Source: Gammaproteobacteria bacterium
Lineage (GTDB): Bacteria; Pseudomonadota; Gammaproteobacteria; JBIOEC01
Assembly (NCBI GenBank): GCA_965279305.1
Contig: OZ257143.1
Coordinates: forward strand, 630,001 to 662,000
Reading direction: 5' to 3'
DNA: 32,000 bases
The notes beneath the pieces were generated by a model, which saw only the letters and a program-made list of their open reading frames with translations, was not told the origin of the DNA and searched no databases. Each line of letters begins with the position of its first letter. The first letter of the stretch is position 1. Shown here one piece after another: positions 16,657-27,268 of this stretch. The translations under genes were made by a program, and so were the position numbers.

Positions 16657-17520
16657 ATGGCAAGTACTAAAGAAATCCGGACCAAAATAAAAAGCATTCG
16701 TAATACGCAAAAAATTACGCGTGCAATGGAAATGGTGGCGGCGAGTAAAATGCGTAAAGCGCAAGATCGTATGAGAGCTTCTGAGCCTTATGCGGAGCGT
16801 ATTCGTGAAGTGATTGCACATTTAGTGAAAGCCCGTCCTGAATACAATAGCGTATTTTTGCAAGAGCGTCCGGTAAAACGCGTAGGTTTTATTATTGTTT
16901 CAAGTGATCGCGGATTATGCGGTGGTTTAAACATCAACGTGTTTAAAGCGGCGTTACGTAAAATGGAAGAATATTCCAAACAAAATATTCCAGTCGATGT
17001 TTGTTTAATCGGCTCTAAAGCAGAAAGTTTTTTTAAACGCATTGGCGCACATATTGTTGCATCAACCGGCCATATTGGTGATAAACCTACCGTCGGTGAT
17101 TTAGTGTCCGGTGTGCAAGTGATGTTAGATGCATACGAAACTCAACAAATTGATCGTTTATATGTGGTGTATAACACATTTGTAAACACCATGACGCAGC
17201 AACCTACCGTGTTGCCATTGTTACCTTCACCTCCTTCTGAGTTGGAAGTAACTAAACATTATTCATGGGATTATTTATATGAGCCTGATGCTCAAACATT
17301 AATTGATACTATCGTTCGTCGTTATATCGAATCACAAGTGTATCAAGCCGTGATTGATAATATTGCTTGTGAACAAGCAGCGCGAATGGTGGCAATGAAA
17401 TCAGCATCTGATAATGCAAGTGATTTAATTGGAGACTTGCAATTAATTTATAACAAAGCGCGCCAAGCGGCGATTACGCAAGAATTGTCAGAAATTATTG
17501 GTGGCGCCGCCGCCGTTTAA
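16657..17520 (+). CDS. atpG: F0F1 ATP synthase subunit gamma
   Basis: 287 aa with [32 protein letters not shown] and a C-terminal [19 protein letters not shown]. Confidence 0.95.
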   Translation: MASTKEIRTKIKSIRNTQKITRAMEMVAASKMRKAQDRMRASEPYAERIREVIAHLVKARPEYNSVFLQERPVKRVGFIIVSSDRGLCGGLNINVFKAALRKMEEYSKQNIPVDVCLIGSKAESFFKRIGAHIVASTGHIGDKPTVGDLVSGVQVMLDAYETQQIDRLYVVYNTFVNTMTQQPTVLPLLPSPPSELEVTKHYSWDYLYEPDAQTLIDTIVRRYIESQVYQAVIDNIACEQAARMVAMKSASDNASDLIGDLQLIYNKARQAAITQELSEIIGGAAAV

Positions 17521-17544
17521 TACATAATTAGATTAACTAGGTAA

Positions 17545-18948
<1,404 letters not shown>

Positions 18949-18979
18949 TAGAGGCGGGCTGTTAGCCCTGATATACATT

Positions 18980-19402
18980 ATGTCTAACACCATTCGCGTA
19001 CAAATAGTAAGCGCAGAAAAAAATCTGTTTGACGGTGAAGCCACTATGGTAGTGGCTACAGCGGCCTATGGTGAAATGGGTATTTTACCTGGACATGCAC
19101 CTTTATTAGCCGATCTTAGTCCTGGCCAAATTCGTTTACATATGGCTGATAAAACCGAAATGGTTTTTTATGTATCTGGCGGTGTGATTGAAGTACAGCC
19201 TAATTTAATTATTATTTTGGCTGATACGGCAGAGCGCGCAGAAAATGTAAGCGAAGCAGCAGCGGCGGCTGCAAAAGAACGTGCTGAAAAATTATTATCT
19301 GATAATTCAGCCGATATCGATTATGCCGCTGTACGTGCAGAGTTAGCGCAAGCGGTTGCACAATTAGCGGCGTTACAACGCATTCGCAAAATAATGAAAT
19401 AA
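18980..19402 (+). CDS. atpC: F0F1 ATP synthase subunit epsilon
   Basis: 140 aa in the last position of the operon, with typical beta-sandwich N-terminal (GILPGHAPLL) and helical C-terminal regions. Confidence 0.9.
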   Translation: MSNTIRVQIVSAEKNLFDGEATMVVATAAYGEMGILPGHAPLLADLSPGQIRLHMADKTEMVFYVSGGVIEVQPNLIIILADTAERAENVSEAAAAAAKERAEKLLSDNSADIDYAAVRAELAQAVAQLAALQRIRKIMK

Positions 19403-20611
19403 TTAGATTTCTAATTCTGTATGCTTGGCTGAAAGATATTCAGGCAAACATTCTGCTAGTGTTTCCACCAACAAATCTATTTGCTCATGTGTGTGATTCG
19501 CATTTAAACTAATGCGTAAACGTGCCGTGCCTGCGGGAACCGTAGGTGGGCGAATAGCAGCAACCAGTATTCCATGTTTTTTCAATTCGGCTTGTAGCTC
19601 TAATACTTTTTTATTATTACCAATCACCAACGGTTGAATCGCTGTTAATGAAGGCATTAAGGGTAATTTAAATTCAGAAGCGCGCACTCTAAAATGTAAA
19701 ATTAATTGCTGTAATCTGTCTCGGCGCCAGGTTTCTTGTTGTGCTAATGAAAGGCTTATTAAACTCGCTTCTGCTAATAGTGGAGGCAATGCAGTTGAAA
19801 ATAAATACGTGCGAGAAAATTGGCGTAAATATTCAATGAGCGATTCGCTGCCAGCCACAAATGCACCAAAGCTGCCAAACGCTTTGCTAAACGTACCCAT
19901 TAAAATAGGCACTTCTTCTAATCCTAATTCTAAATATTCACAAGAGCCGCCGCCATTATCACCTAACGTTCCAAAACCGTGCGCATCATCAACCATCAGC
20001 CATGCATTTCTGTCGCGTGCTATTTCGGCCATTTCTTCAAGATTAGCGATATCGCCATCCATACTAAAAACACCATCGGTAACAATTAACGTATTTTCGG
20101 CTTTATAGCGATCCATTTTGCTTTCTAATTGAGAAAGATCATTATGCGCATAACGAGCAAAACTGGCGCGGCTTAAACGCACGCCATCGAGTAATGAGGC
20201 ATGGACTAATCTATCTACAAATGCGATATCTTTAGGGCCTAATAAAGCACTGATAATACCTAAATTAGCCATATATCCGGTAGAAAACACGAGAGCAGCC
20301 GGTCTATTGGTGAATGTCGCTACAGCACTCTCTAATTCATCGTGTATGGCACAATGTCCGCCTACGCTATGGGCAGCACCGCTTCCTACACCGTAAAGTG
20401 AAGAAGCTTCTTGAGAGGCTTTTATAAGCTCAGGATGGCTAGAAAGACCTAGATAATCATTACTAATAAAAGATAGATAATCGCGTCCGTTATAACGAGC
20501 AGTGGCTGTGTTAGCACCCTCTCTTGCGTTATAATAGCGAAAAAGATGCTCTTGTTTTTGCTTGGCCAGAGCGGCCTGCAAGTAAGATTCTAAAGAATTT
20601 GGCATAAGCAT
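19403..20611 (-). CDS. bioF: 8-amino-7-oxononanoate synthase (alpha-oxoamine synthase family)
   Basis: 402 aa aligning by eye along most of E. coli BioF (SNDYLGL, GYMAN, HASLLDG, HND, TDGVFSMDGD, VDDAHG, FSKA PLP-lysine). Confidence 0.75.
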   Translation of the reverse strand: MLMPNSLESYLQAALAKQKQEHLFRYYNAREGANTATARYNGRDYLSFISNDYLGLSSHPELIKASQEASSLYGVGSGAAHSVGGHCAIHDELESAVATFTNRPAALVFSTGYMANLGIISALLGPKDIAFVDRLVHASLLDGVRLSRASFARYAHNDLSQLESKMDRYKAENTLIVTDGVFSMDGDIANLEEMAEIARDRNAWLMVDDAHGFGTLGDNGGGSCEYLELGLEEVPILMGTFSKAFGSFGAFVAGSESLIEYLRQFSRTYLFSTALPPLLAEASLISLSLAQQETWRRDRLQQLILHFRVRASEFKLPLMPSLTAIQPLVIGNNKKVLELQAELKKHGILVAAIRPPTVPAGTARLRISLNANHTHEQIDLLVETLAECLPEYLSAKHTELEI

Positions 20612-20683
20612 ATGCTATCGAAATACCGGCGATTATGCAAATCGCTGTAGAAACAGCAAAATCAAAGTAAGGAGCAGAGTCCT

Positions 20684-21712
20684 ATGAGAAAAAAAGCGGC
20701 GACAGTACGTGCCCCACGCCCAGAGCCAGCTAGCCATTTATCTGCATCTGCATCTGAAAGAACAGAGAATGCCAAAAAACTACTACCTCAATTAATTCCG
20801 TTAGCAAAAAAATATGATGCGGCACATCCTGCTTACCCTCCTGTTTTACAAGTAATTAAAGAGACGGTTCAGTATGCTCCCAGAGGAAATCGTGAAGCAC
20901 AAAATAGAGCGGGTAATTTTTATTATTCTGGGGAGTATAATATTCCCCAGAATTTTGAATTAGCGCTCTATTGGTTTAATGAAGCAGCTAACCGAGGACA
21001 TTCCGCATCAAGATTACAAGTTGCAAAAATGCTTCAAGAAGGTGAAGGTACTCAACCTGACAAGGCAGCCGCTGCCCAATGGTATGAGTTGCTTGCAGAT
21101 GAGGGCAATTTAGTGGCATTAAATAATCTGGCAATGATGTATAAAAATGGGGATGGCGTACCGCAAGATGATGAGAAGGCTTATTATTATATGTTTACAG
21201 CAGCCACATATGGTGATCCTCTCGCCCATTTTAATTTAGGAAAGTTGTTTGAGCAAGGGAGCGGGCAAACAAAAGTTGATCTAAATGAAGCTGAATCTTG
21301 GTATAGAAGAGCAGCTGCTAAAGGTCATCCGGATGCTCTAAATAATTTGGGTGTTATCAAAGCTAAAGGGGCACATCTATCAGAAATGCTTGGTTTAAAT
21401 TCGAAACCGGAAGTGGATGAGGCTATATCGATATTTACAACTGCAACTAGGCAGGGAAATGGTCTTGCTGCTTTTAATTTGGCACAGTTTTATCGATTCG
21501 GCTGTGTGGTAGAACAAAATGATCAAAGAGCTTTGGATTTACTTTCTTTAGCGGCAGATAGAGGTGTTGAACAAGCGATTATTGCGCGCAGAGAAATGAA
21601 CTCTGATGGTAAGCGAAAAAGGGATGATGCTGATATATCGGGGTCATCATCACCTGAACCCGAACCCAAAAGAGTTGCTGCGGGATCTGCACGTCCAGCA
21701 GGCCCCGCGTAG
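20684..21712 (+). CDS. Sel1/SLR repeat protein with no signal peptide and basic/Pro-rich disordered termini (candidate secreted effector)
   Basis: 342 aa. About six Sel1-like repeats (for example AQNRAGNFYYSG..ALYWFNEAANRGH, ALNNLAMMYKNGDGVPQD and AESWYRRAAAKGHPDALNNLG). The N-terminal ~45 aa and C-terminal ~40 aa are low complexity. AAGGAG Shine-Dalgarno upstream. Confidence 0.8.
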   Translation: MRKKAATVRAPRPEPASHLSASASERTENAKKLLPQLIPLAKKYDAAHPAYPPVLQVIKETVQYAPRGNREAQNRAGNFYYSGEYNIPQNFELALYWFNEAANRGHSASRLQVAKMLQEGEGTQPDKAAAAQWYELLADEGNLVALNNLAMMYKNGDGVPQDDEKAYYYMFTAATYGDPLAHFNLGKLFEQGSGQTKVDLNEAESWYRRAAAKGHPDALNNLGVIKAKGAHLSEMLGLNSKPEVDEAISIFTTATRQGNGLAAFNLAQFYRFGCVVEQNDQRALDLLSLAADRGVEQAIIARREMNSDGKRKRDDADISGSSSPEPEPKRVAAGSARPAGPA

Positions 21713-21766
21713 GCGAATCACATCTATTGTGAATCATTTTTGTGGGAGCCCAAAATAGGAATCAAG

Positions 21767-22123
21767 ATGTCAGATATAATATTTATTTATGGTTTACAAG
21801 TAGAAACTATTATTGGTTGTTTTGACCATGAAAAAACCAAAACCCAACCCTTAATTTTTGATATAGAAATGAAAAAAGATTTTCGTATGGCCGCCGAAAA
21901 AGATGATGTCACTTTAACTGTGAATTATGCAGAAGTGGCTGATGAAATACGTGCGTTTGTAGAAAATACCTGCGTAGAATTATTAGAAACATTAGCTGAG
22001 CGCTTAGCTCAACAATTATTTAAAACCTTTCCTGTCACAGAAGTGATGATCAAAATTCAAAAACCCGAAGCCATTCCCGGTTTGCCGAATGTAGGTATCA
22101 TCATTACGCGAGAAAAGAGTTAA
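21767..22123 (+). CDS. folB: Dihydroneopterin aldolase
   Basis: Start placed at ATG 21767 (MSDIIFIYGLQVETIIGCFDHEK), preceded by TAGGA. Size of ~118 aa and the N-terminal motif are typical of FolB. Confidence 0.8.
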   Translation: MSDIIFIYGLQVETIIGCFDHEKTKTQPLIFDIEMKKDFRMAAEKDDVTLTVNYAEVADEIRAFVENTCVELLETLAERLAQQLFKTFPVTEVMIKIQKPEAIPGLPNVGIIITREKS

Positions 22124-22875
22124 TTAAATATAGAACGTCCACCATCCACATATAATGTGGTGCCAGTTGTATAAGTAGCATGCGACGCTAAATAACATAC
22201 GGCGTTGGCTACTTCTTCTCCAGAGCCTATTTTTCTTAAAGGCGTTCTTTCTAAAATGGTTTTGCTCGTATCTTCAGAAATGTTTTCAGGCGGAAAACAA
22301 GCGCCAGGTGCAACGGCATTAACCCGAATATAAGGCGCTAATTCTCGTGCCAACGATTGTGTTTGCATTAATAGTGCTGCTTTAGTAATAGAATAAACAC
22401 TGTAATTTTTAATCGGTCTGCCATCAGCATGTGAATCGGTAATATTAATAACAACACTGTTTTCTTGTTTTTTTAAAAAAGGTACAGCGGCTTGTGTGAG
22501 AAAAAATGGTGCGGTGACATTGGTATTCCACAACGTGTTCCATTGTTCTAATGTGGTTTCGCCTATCTGATTTGGAAAAAAATCAGAAGCACTATTCACT
22601 AAAACATCTAAACGTTTCCACACGGCAGCTGCTTTTTCAATTAGGCTTGAATAACTCTTTGTATCATTAAGATCCGCTTGTAAAACGCCGGCTGAATCAG
22701 GGCGAATGTGGTTTAAAGAAGCTGCTAAGGCTTTAGCTTCTTGTTCTGAGTGACGGTAATGAATCAGCACGCGAAAGCCTTGTTGATGTAAAGCCTTTGC
22801 TATTACAGCGCCTATACGCTTGGCGGCTCCTGTTACTAGGGCTACTCGTTTAAGATTGAGTTCATTTTGTGGCAT
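22120..22875 (-). CDS. Short-chain dehydrogenase, pteridine reductase / FolM-like
   Basis: 251 aa with TGAAKRIG cofactor motif and YSITK catalytic Tyr-x3-Lys. Overall resemblance to PTR1/FolM-type SDRs and adjacency to folB. Confidence 0.6.
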   Translation of the reverse strand: MPQNELNLKRVALVTGAAKRIGAVIAKALHQQGFRVLIHYRHSEQEAKALAASLNHIRPDSAGVLQADLNDTKSYSSLIEKAAAVWKRLDVLVNSASDFFPNQIGETTLEQWNTLWNTNVTAPFFLTQAAVPFLKKQENSVVINITDSHADGRPIKNYSVYSITKAALLMQTQSLARELAPYIRVNAVAPGACFPPENISEDTSKTILERTPLRKIGSGEEVANAVCYLASHATYTTGTTLYVDGGRSIFN

Positions 22876-22908
22876 AATAGACCATCTATCAATATCATTA
22901 AAATTCTT

Positions 22909-24033
22909 ATGCGTGTGTCACCATCTACTTTACCAGAGCCTAACCCAGAGGAAAAAACTCGCAGTAATGAGCTCTCAGCTCTTATATCACAGGCTATTCA
23001 GGCCGCACCCACACATATTATTAGCTTTTCACATTATATGGAATTAGCGCTTTATACACCAGGGCTAGGCTATTATATGGCCGAGCATCCTATTTTTGGC
23101 TGGGAAGGAGATTTTACTACAGCACCTGAATTATCGCCTTTATTTGGCCAATGTATGTCGCATGCTATTGGCGAAACCTTAGAGAAAACGCAAGGGGATA
23201 TTCTAGAAATTGGCGCAGGTAGCGGTAAATTAGCGGTGGATATACTGCAATCTTTACCTAACCCACCTGCTCATTATTATATTTACGAACTTAGCCCCGC
23301 TTTGCGCAAAAGACAGCAACAGTATTTGCAAGAGCATATTCCCGACTATTACCCTAAAATCGTATGGCTAGAGCAATTACCCGCGCATTTTGATGGCGTT
23401 ATCATTGCTAATGAAGTGATGGATGCATTACCGGCGGATTGTTTTACGATCACTGATACCGATATTTTAGCAAAAGGTGTCTCTGTAAAAGACGGACAAT
23501 TTGTATGGGCTGACTATCCTGCCTCTGAAGAAATGCAAGCGGATATTAAAAGAATTCAAAAAGAGTTACCCGATTCTTTTTATCCTCCTTATACCAGCGA
23601 GATCCAAATGTTACTCCCCGTATGGATTAAATCATTAGCAAATTTGTTAGAGAACGGAATAATATTATTAATTGATTACGGATTTATGCGTACTGAATAT
23701 TATCATCCAGAACGATCGCAAGGCACTTTAATGTGTCATTATAAACATCTGGCGCATGGCGATCCTTTTTTATATCCTGGTTTGCAAGATATAACGGTGC
23801 ATATCGATTTTACAACCGTGGCAGAAGCCGCAGAAGAAAACGGATTAAAAGTGATTCATTTTTCGAATCAAGCACAATTTTTATTAGAATGTGGATTAAT
23901 TAATCTGTTAGAAAAAGATCCGGATCTGGGTTTTGCCACCAAACACCAAGTGCAAGTATTAACCTCTCCTGTGGAAATGGGAGAAATGTTTAAAGTAATG
24001 ATGTTAGAAAAAAATAGCGGAGCCACTCTATGA
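22909..24033 (+). CDS. MidA/NDUFAF7-family (DUF185) SAM-dependent methyltransferase
   Basis: ISFSHYMELALYTPGLGYY, GDFTTAPELSPLFG and LEIGAGSGKLAVDIL are the family motifs. Start placed at ATG 22909 to avoid overlapping the divergent SDR gene. Confidence 0.8.
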   Translation: MRVSPSTLPEPNPEEKTRSNELSALISQAIQAAPTHIISFSHYMELALYTPGLGYYMAEHPIFGWEGDFTTAPELSPLFGQCMSHAIGETLEKTQGDILEIGAGSGKLAVDILQSLPNPPAHYYIYELSPALRKRQQQYLQEHIPDYYPKIVWLEQLPAHFDGVIIANEVMDALPADCFTITDTDILAKGVSVKDGQFVWADYPASEEMQADIKRIQKELPDSFYPPYTSEIQMLLPVWIKSLANLLENGIILLIDYGFMRTEYYHPERSQGTLMCHYKHLAHGDPFLYPGLQDITVHIDFTTVAEAAEENGLKVIHFSNQAQFLLECGLINLLEKDPDLGFATKHQVQVLTSPVEMGEMFKVMMLEKNSGATL

Positions 24034-25331
24034 AAACTATTTTATTAGGATTAAATGAGATCAATTTTCATTTTATCGAAAAATATATTCAAAAAGGACG
24101 TCTTCCGCATTTTAAAAAACTATTCGAACAGTATGGTTATCGTAAAACTGATTCTGAAAATGAATATCGTTTACTTGAGCCTTGGATCCAATGGGTAACC
24201 GTGCATACCGGAAAAACCTATGCAGAGCATCAAATATTTCGCTTAGGCGATATGGTGGAAAGACCTGATATTTTGCAAATATTTGAAGAGCTAGAAAATA
24301 AAGGATATCGGGTAGGGGCAGTGAGTCCTTTTAATGCCGATAATCGCTTGAAAAATCCTGCTTTTTTTGTACCCGATCCCTGGACTAAAACACGTGCATC
24401 AGGCCACGCTTTATTAAAAGAATTATCGGCGGCGGTATCGGCTGCCGTGAATGATAATGCCAAAAAAAAATTAAGCTTAAAAACCATGATCGTATTGGTT
24501 GCAGGCTTGGCTTATTACACGCCTATCAAAGATTATCTCTGGTATTTCAAAAAATTATTAAAAATCAAAAATGTGGCGACTAGACCAGTAATTTTAGATA
24601 AATTATTAAGCGATGTTTTTATTAAAGAATGGAAAATCACGCAACCTGATTTTTCATTATTATTTTTAAATAGTGGTGCGCATTTACAACATCATTATAT
24701 GTATAACTCAGAAGTATATGAAGGTTCATTGCATAATCCAGAATGGTATTGCAGTGCAAAACAAGATCCCATCTATGAAATTTTTTCGCTTTACGATAAA
24801 ATTTTGGGTGAACTATTAGCACTTCCTGATATTCGACTTATCTTGGCAACCGGTTTAAGCCAACAGCCACACAATGCCATGACTTTTTATTGGCGCTTAA
24901 AAGATCATGCCGTATTTTTAAATAAAATAGGCATTACTGACTTTTCAGCGTTGCATCCTAGAATGTCTAGAGATTTTCTGGTGGAATTTCCAAGCATTGA
25001 GCAAGCGCAACAGGCAACTAAACAATTGGAAGCTTGTCATGCTTCTGATGGAACCGCTATTTTTAGTGTGGATAATCGTGGCAAAAGTTTATTTGTAGAA
25101 TTGGTTTATGATAAGGATATTTCTCCTGATATGTCTATTATGTCAGCTGATAAGACTATTGAACATTTCCTAAACGATGTTGCGTTTGTGGCTCTTAAAA
25201 ATGGTGAACATAATCGCGTCGGTTATTACCTGGATACTGCGCAATTAATTAACACTCCTGCCATCTCTGATCCGTTCCCTTTAACACAAGTCCATGCACT
25301 AATTTTAAAAGGATTTGAGACGCGAGGGTAA
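24030..25331 (+). CDS. Conserved hypothetical protein, distantly alkaline-phosphatase / nucleotide-pyrophosphatase-like
   Basis: 433-aa ORF whose ATG overlaps the upstream stop (ATGA). The N-terminal layout (ILLGLNEINFHFIEKYIQKGRLPHFKKL ... VTVHTGKTYAEHQIF) resembles the type I phosphodiesterase fold, but expected metal and nucleophile residues appear substituted. The functional call is weak. Confidence 0.4.
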   Translation: MKTILLGLNEINFHFIEKYIQKGRLPHFKKLFEQYGYRKTDSENEYRLLEPWIQWVTVHTGKTYAEHQIFRLGDMVERPDILQIFEELENKGYRVGAVSPFNADNRLKNPAFFVPDPWTKTRASGHALLKELSAAVSAAVNDNAKKKLSLKTMIVLVAGLAYYTPIKDYLWYFKKLLKIKNVATRPVILDKLLSDVFIKEWKITQPDFSLLFLNSGAHLQHHYMYNSEVYEGSLHNPEWYCSAKQDPIYEIFSLYDKILGELLALPDIRLILATGLSQQPHNAMTFYWRLKDHAVFLNKIGITDFSALHPRMSRDFLVEFPSIEQAQQATKQLEACHASDGTAIFSVDNRGKSLFVELVYDKDISPDMSIMSADKTIEHFLNDVAFVALKNGEHNRVGYYLDTAQLINTPAISDPFPLTQVHALILKGFETRG

Positions 25332-25384
25332 AACTCGATACTCTTGATCCAATTCTGTATTATAATAAGAAACTGCCTCATCAG

Positions 25385-26644
25385 ATGGATCTGACACCTA
25401 TGCAACTGTTTCTAGCGTTTGACAGCGAGTACAAGCAACATAGCGATACAGTAGGGAAACAGCCTATTATCGCGTGGACTTTGCTAGACGATCAGGGCCA
25501 AGTGAAACAATCTGGCGGCAAAACACCGTTGGCAGAAATCGCCGAAAAATGTAAATCTTTACCTCTCACAGTTCATGTGTTTATTATTAGCCCCGATGTG
25601 GTGATTATGCAGGTGCCGCGTCCTGCAGGATCTTTCAATAAAATTCGCCAGGCCATTCCTTTTTTATTAGAAGAACACTTAGCGGAAGATATTGAGTTAC
25701 TCCATTTTTCAGTTATCAACCCTAGCAGTAGCAATACTATATCGATAGCTGTTATTAATAAAATACTGATGAAAGAATGTGTGGATATGTTATTAGCTGC
25801 ACGTTTAGTGCCGCAAACTATTATTCCATTTAGTTTGGCTTTGCCCATCCCTGAAGAATCGCAATGGACGATATTAACGAATTCCGAGTATGCGTGGGTG
25901 CGTTCCGGTGCTTTTGGTGGTTTTTCATTAGAGCGTTCGATGGTAACCAATTTATTAGAAACGCTTCCACCGGCTCAGTTACCTAAAAGCATCAATTGGA
26001 TCACCGCAGAAAATATTAAAACAGAAATAGATGAATGTAAAAAACGTAATATAGAAGTGAAAAAAATAACGATTCCTTCTAAAGGCACAAATAATTGGTT
26101 GGAATATATTGCCAAAACTTATAAGCCAGCGCCACATGTTAATTTATTGCAAGGTGAATTTAGTATACAGCAACAAACCGGCTCAGATAAACGTTGGTGG
26201 GATTTAGTCAAAAAATTATCAGTCGCTATTGTTGTAGTATGGTTTGTGGGTTTAGTCGGGCAATATTTCTTTTTACGTTGGGAACATTTTTACTTACAAA
26301 CACAAATTGAAAGTGTTTATCGCGAAGTATTTCCTGATACGCCTATGGTCAGCAGCCCTCGTACTATTTTTGAAAGAGAAATTGGGCTGGTATCTAGTGG
26401 AAAAGTCGGCAGTGATTTTTTAAGTTTATTATTACGTGTAGGCGAAGTGACCAGCAATTTTCCGCAAATTCAAATAATAGAAATTGTTTATAATGAAAGA
26501 GCGTTAACCATTAGTATGATGGCTGATAATTTTTCGCGGCTTCAACAATTAGATGAAAAAATGCAAGAAGTTGGATTAACGGTAGTGCAAGAAACCGCTT
26601 CGAGTAGCGGCGGAACTGTTAATGCAAGATGGAAAATATCTTAA
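25385..26644 (+). CDS. lspL: Type II secretion system protein L
   Basis: 419 aa. Cytoplasmic domain with AIPFLLEEHLAEDIELLHF, a single TM segment (LSVAIVVVWFVGLVGQYFFL) and a periplasmic C-domain. Followed by gspM. Confidence 0.8.
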   Translation: MDLTPMQLFLAFDSEYKQHSDTVGKQPIIAWTLLDDQGQVKQSGGKTPLAEIAEKCKSLPLTVHVFIISPDVVIMQVPRPAGSFNKIRQAIPFLLEEHLAEDIELLHFSVINPSSSNTISIAVINKILMKECVDMLLAARLVPQTIIPFSLALPIPEESQWTILTNSEYAWVRSGAFGGFSLERSMVTNLLETLPPAQLPKSINWITAENIKTEIDECKKRNIEVKKITIPSKGTNNWLEYIAKTYKPAPHVNLLQGEFSIQQQTGSDKRWWDLVKKLSVAIVVVWFVGLVGQYFFLRWEHFYLQTQIESVYREVFPDTPMVSSPRTIFEREIGLVSSGKVGSDFLSLLLRVGEVTSNFPQIQIIEIVYNERALTISMMADNFSRLQQLDEKMQEVGLTVVQETASSSGGTVNARWKIS

Positions 26645-27255
26645 GAGATCTTATGAATTTTAAAAATGATAAAATAAAAGCATTGGTCAATCAAACGCTC
26701 AATCAGGTAAAAACCTATGCATTACCTTTGCAGCGCCAAGTGCAAGAAAGTGAATATTGGAAACAAGCAGAGCAGCGCTGGAAACAATTAACCAAGCGCG
26801 AACAATTATTATTAATGGGAACCGGTGCGCTAACTGCTGTTTTAATTTTTTATCAATTAATTTATTCACCCATATCAACAGCCATTACACGATACCAACA
26901 AGATGTGATTAATGATCAAGAGCTGTTAGTGTTTATGAAAGCTTCTGTTCCTCGTTTATTAGCTGCTACCGGACAATCAAAACCCGAAGAACCTATTCGA
27001 GCAGATATGTTTCTTCCTACCGTTGAAAGTAGTTTAACAGCGGATGGAATGATGGAAGTGGTAACTAGCATGAGTTTATCGAATGATAATACTATCAGCA
27101 TACAATTTGATGCAGTGGAATTGGATGGCTTATTGGGTTGGTTAATTCAAATTCGAAAAAAATATGGGATCCAAGTGGATATGTTTAGTGCAAGACCTGT
27201 TGAGCTTCCGGGATTTGCAAGTGCCACTGTTCAATTGAAGTTGATGGGCAGCTAG
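26629..27255 (+). CDS. lspM: Type II secretion system protein M
   Basis: 208 aa. LTKREQLLLMGTGALTAVLIFYQLIYSP (bitopic TM) and the periplasmic domain are typical of GspM. The start could instead be ATG 26653, 9 nt after the lspL stop. Confidence 0.75.
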   Translation: MENILRDLMNFKNDKIKALVNQTLNQVKTYALPLQRQVQESEYWKQAEQRWKQLTKREQLLLMGTGALTAVLIFYQLIYSPISTAITRYQQDVINDQELLVFMKASVPRLLAATGQSKPEEPIRADMFLPTVESSLTADGMMEVVTSMSLSNDNTISIQFDAVELDGLLGWLIQIRKKYGIQVDMFSARPVELPGFASATVQLKLMGS

Positions 27256-27268
27256 TTTTTTATATAGG

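Noticed and set aside
16161-17042. Four 63-84 aa minus-strand ORFs within atpA and atpG
   Set aside because: They are antisense to highly conserved ATP synthase genes, with Arg/His/Cys-rich nonsense composition.
19403-20611. Possibility that the alpha-oxoamine synthase is KBL or a serine palmitoyltransferase rather than BioF
   Set aside because: By eye the alignment tracks E. coli BioF closely over most of its length, including the N-terminal region. With no database search available I keep bioF at moderate confidence.
24230-25950. Minus-strand ORFs 24230-24487, 24637-24822 and 25573-25950
   Set aside because: They are antisense to the 433-aa hypothetical gene and to lspL. They have no ribosome-binding sites or recognisable domains.
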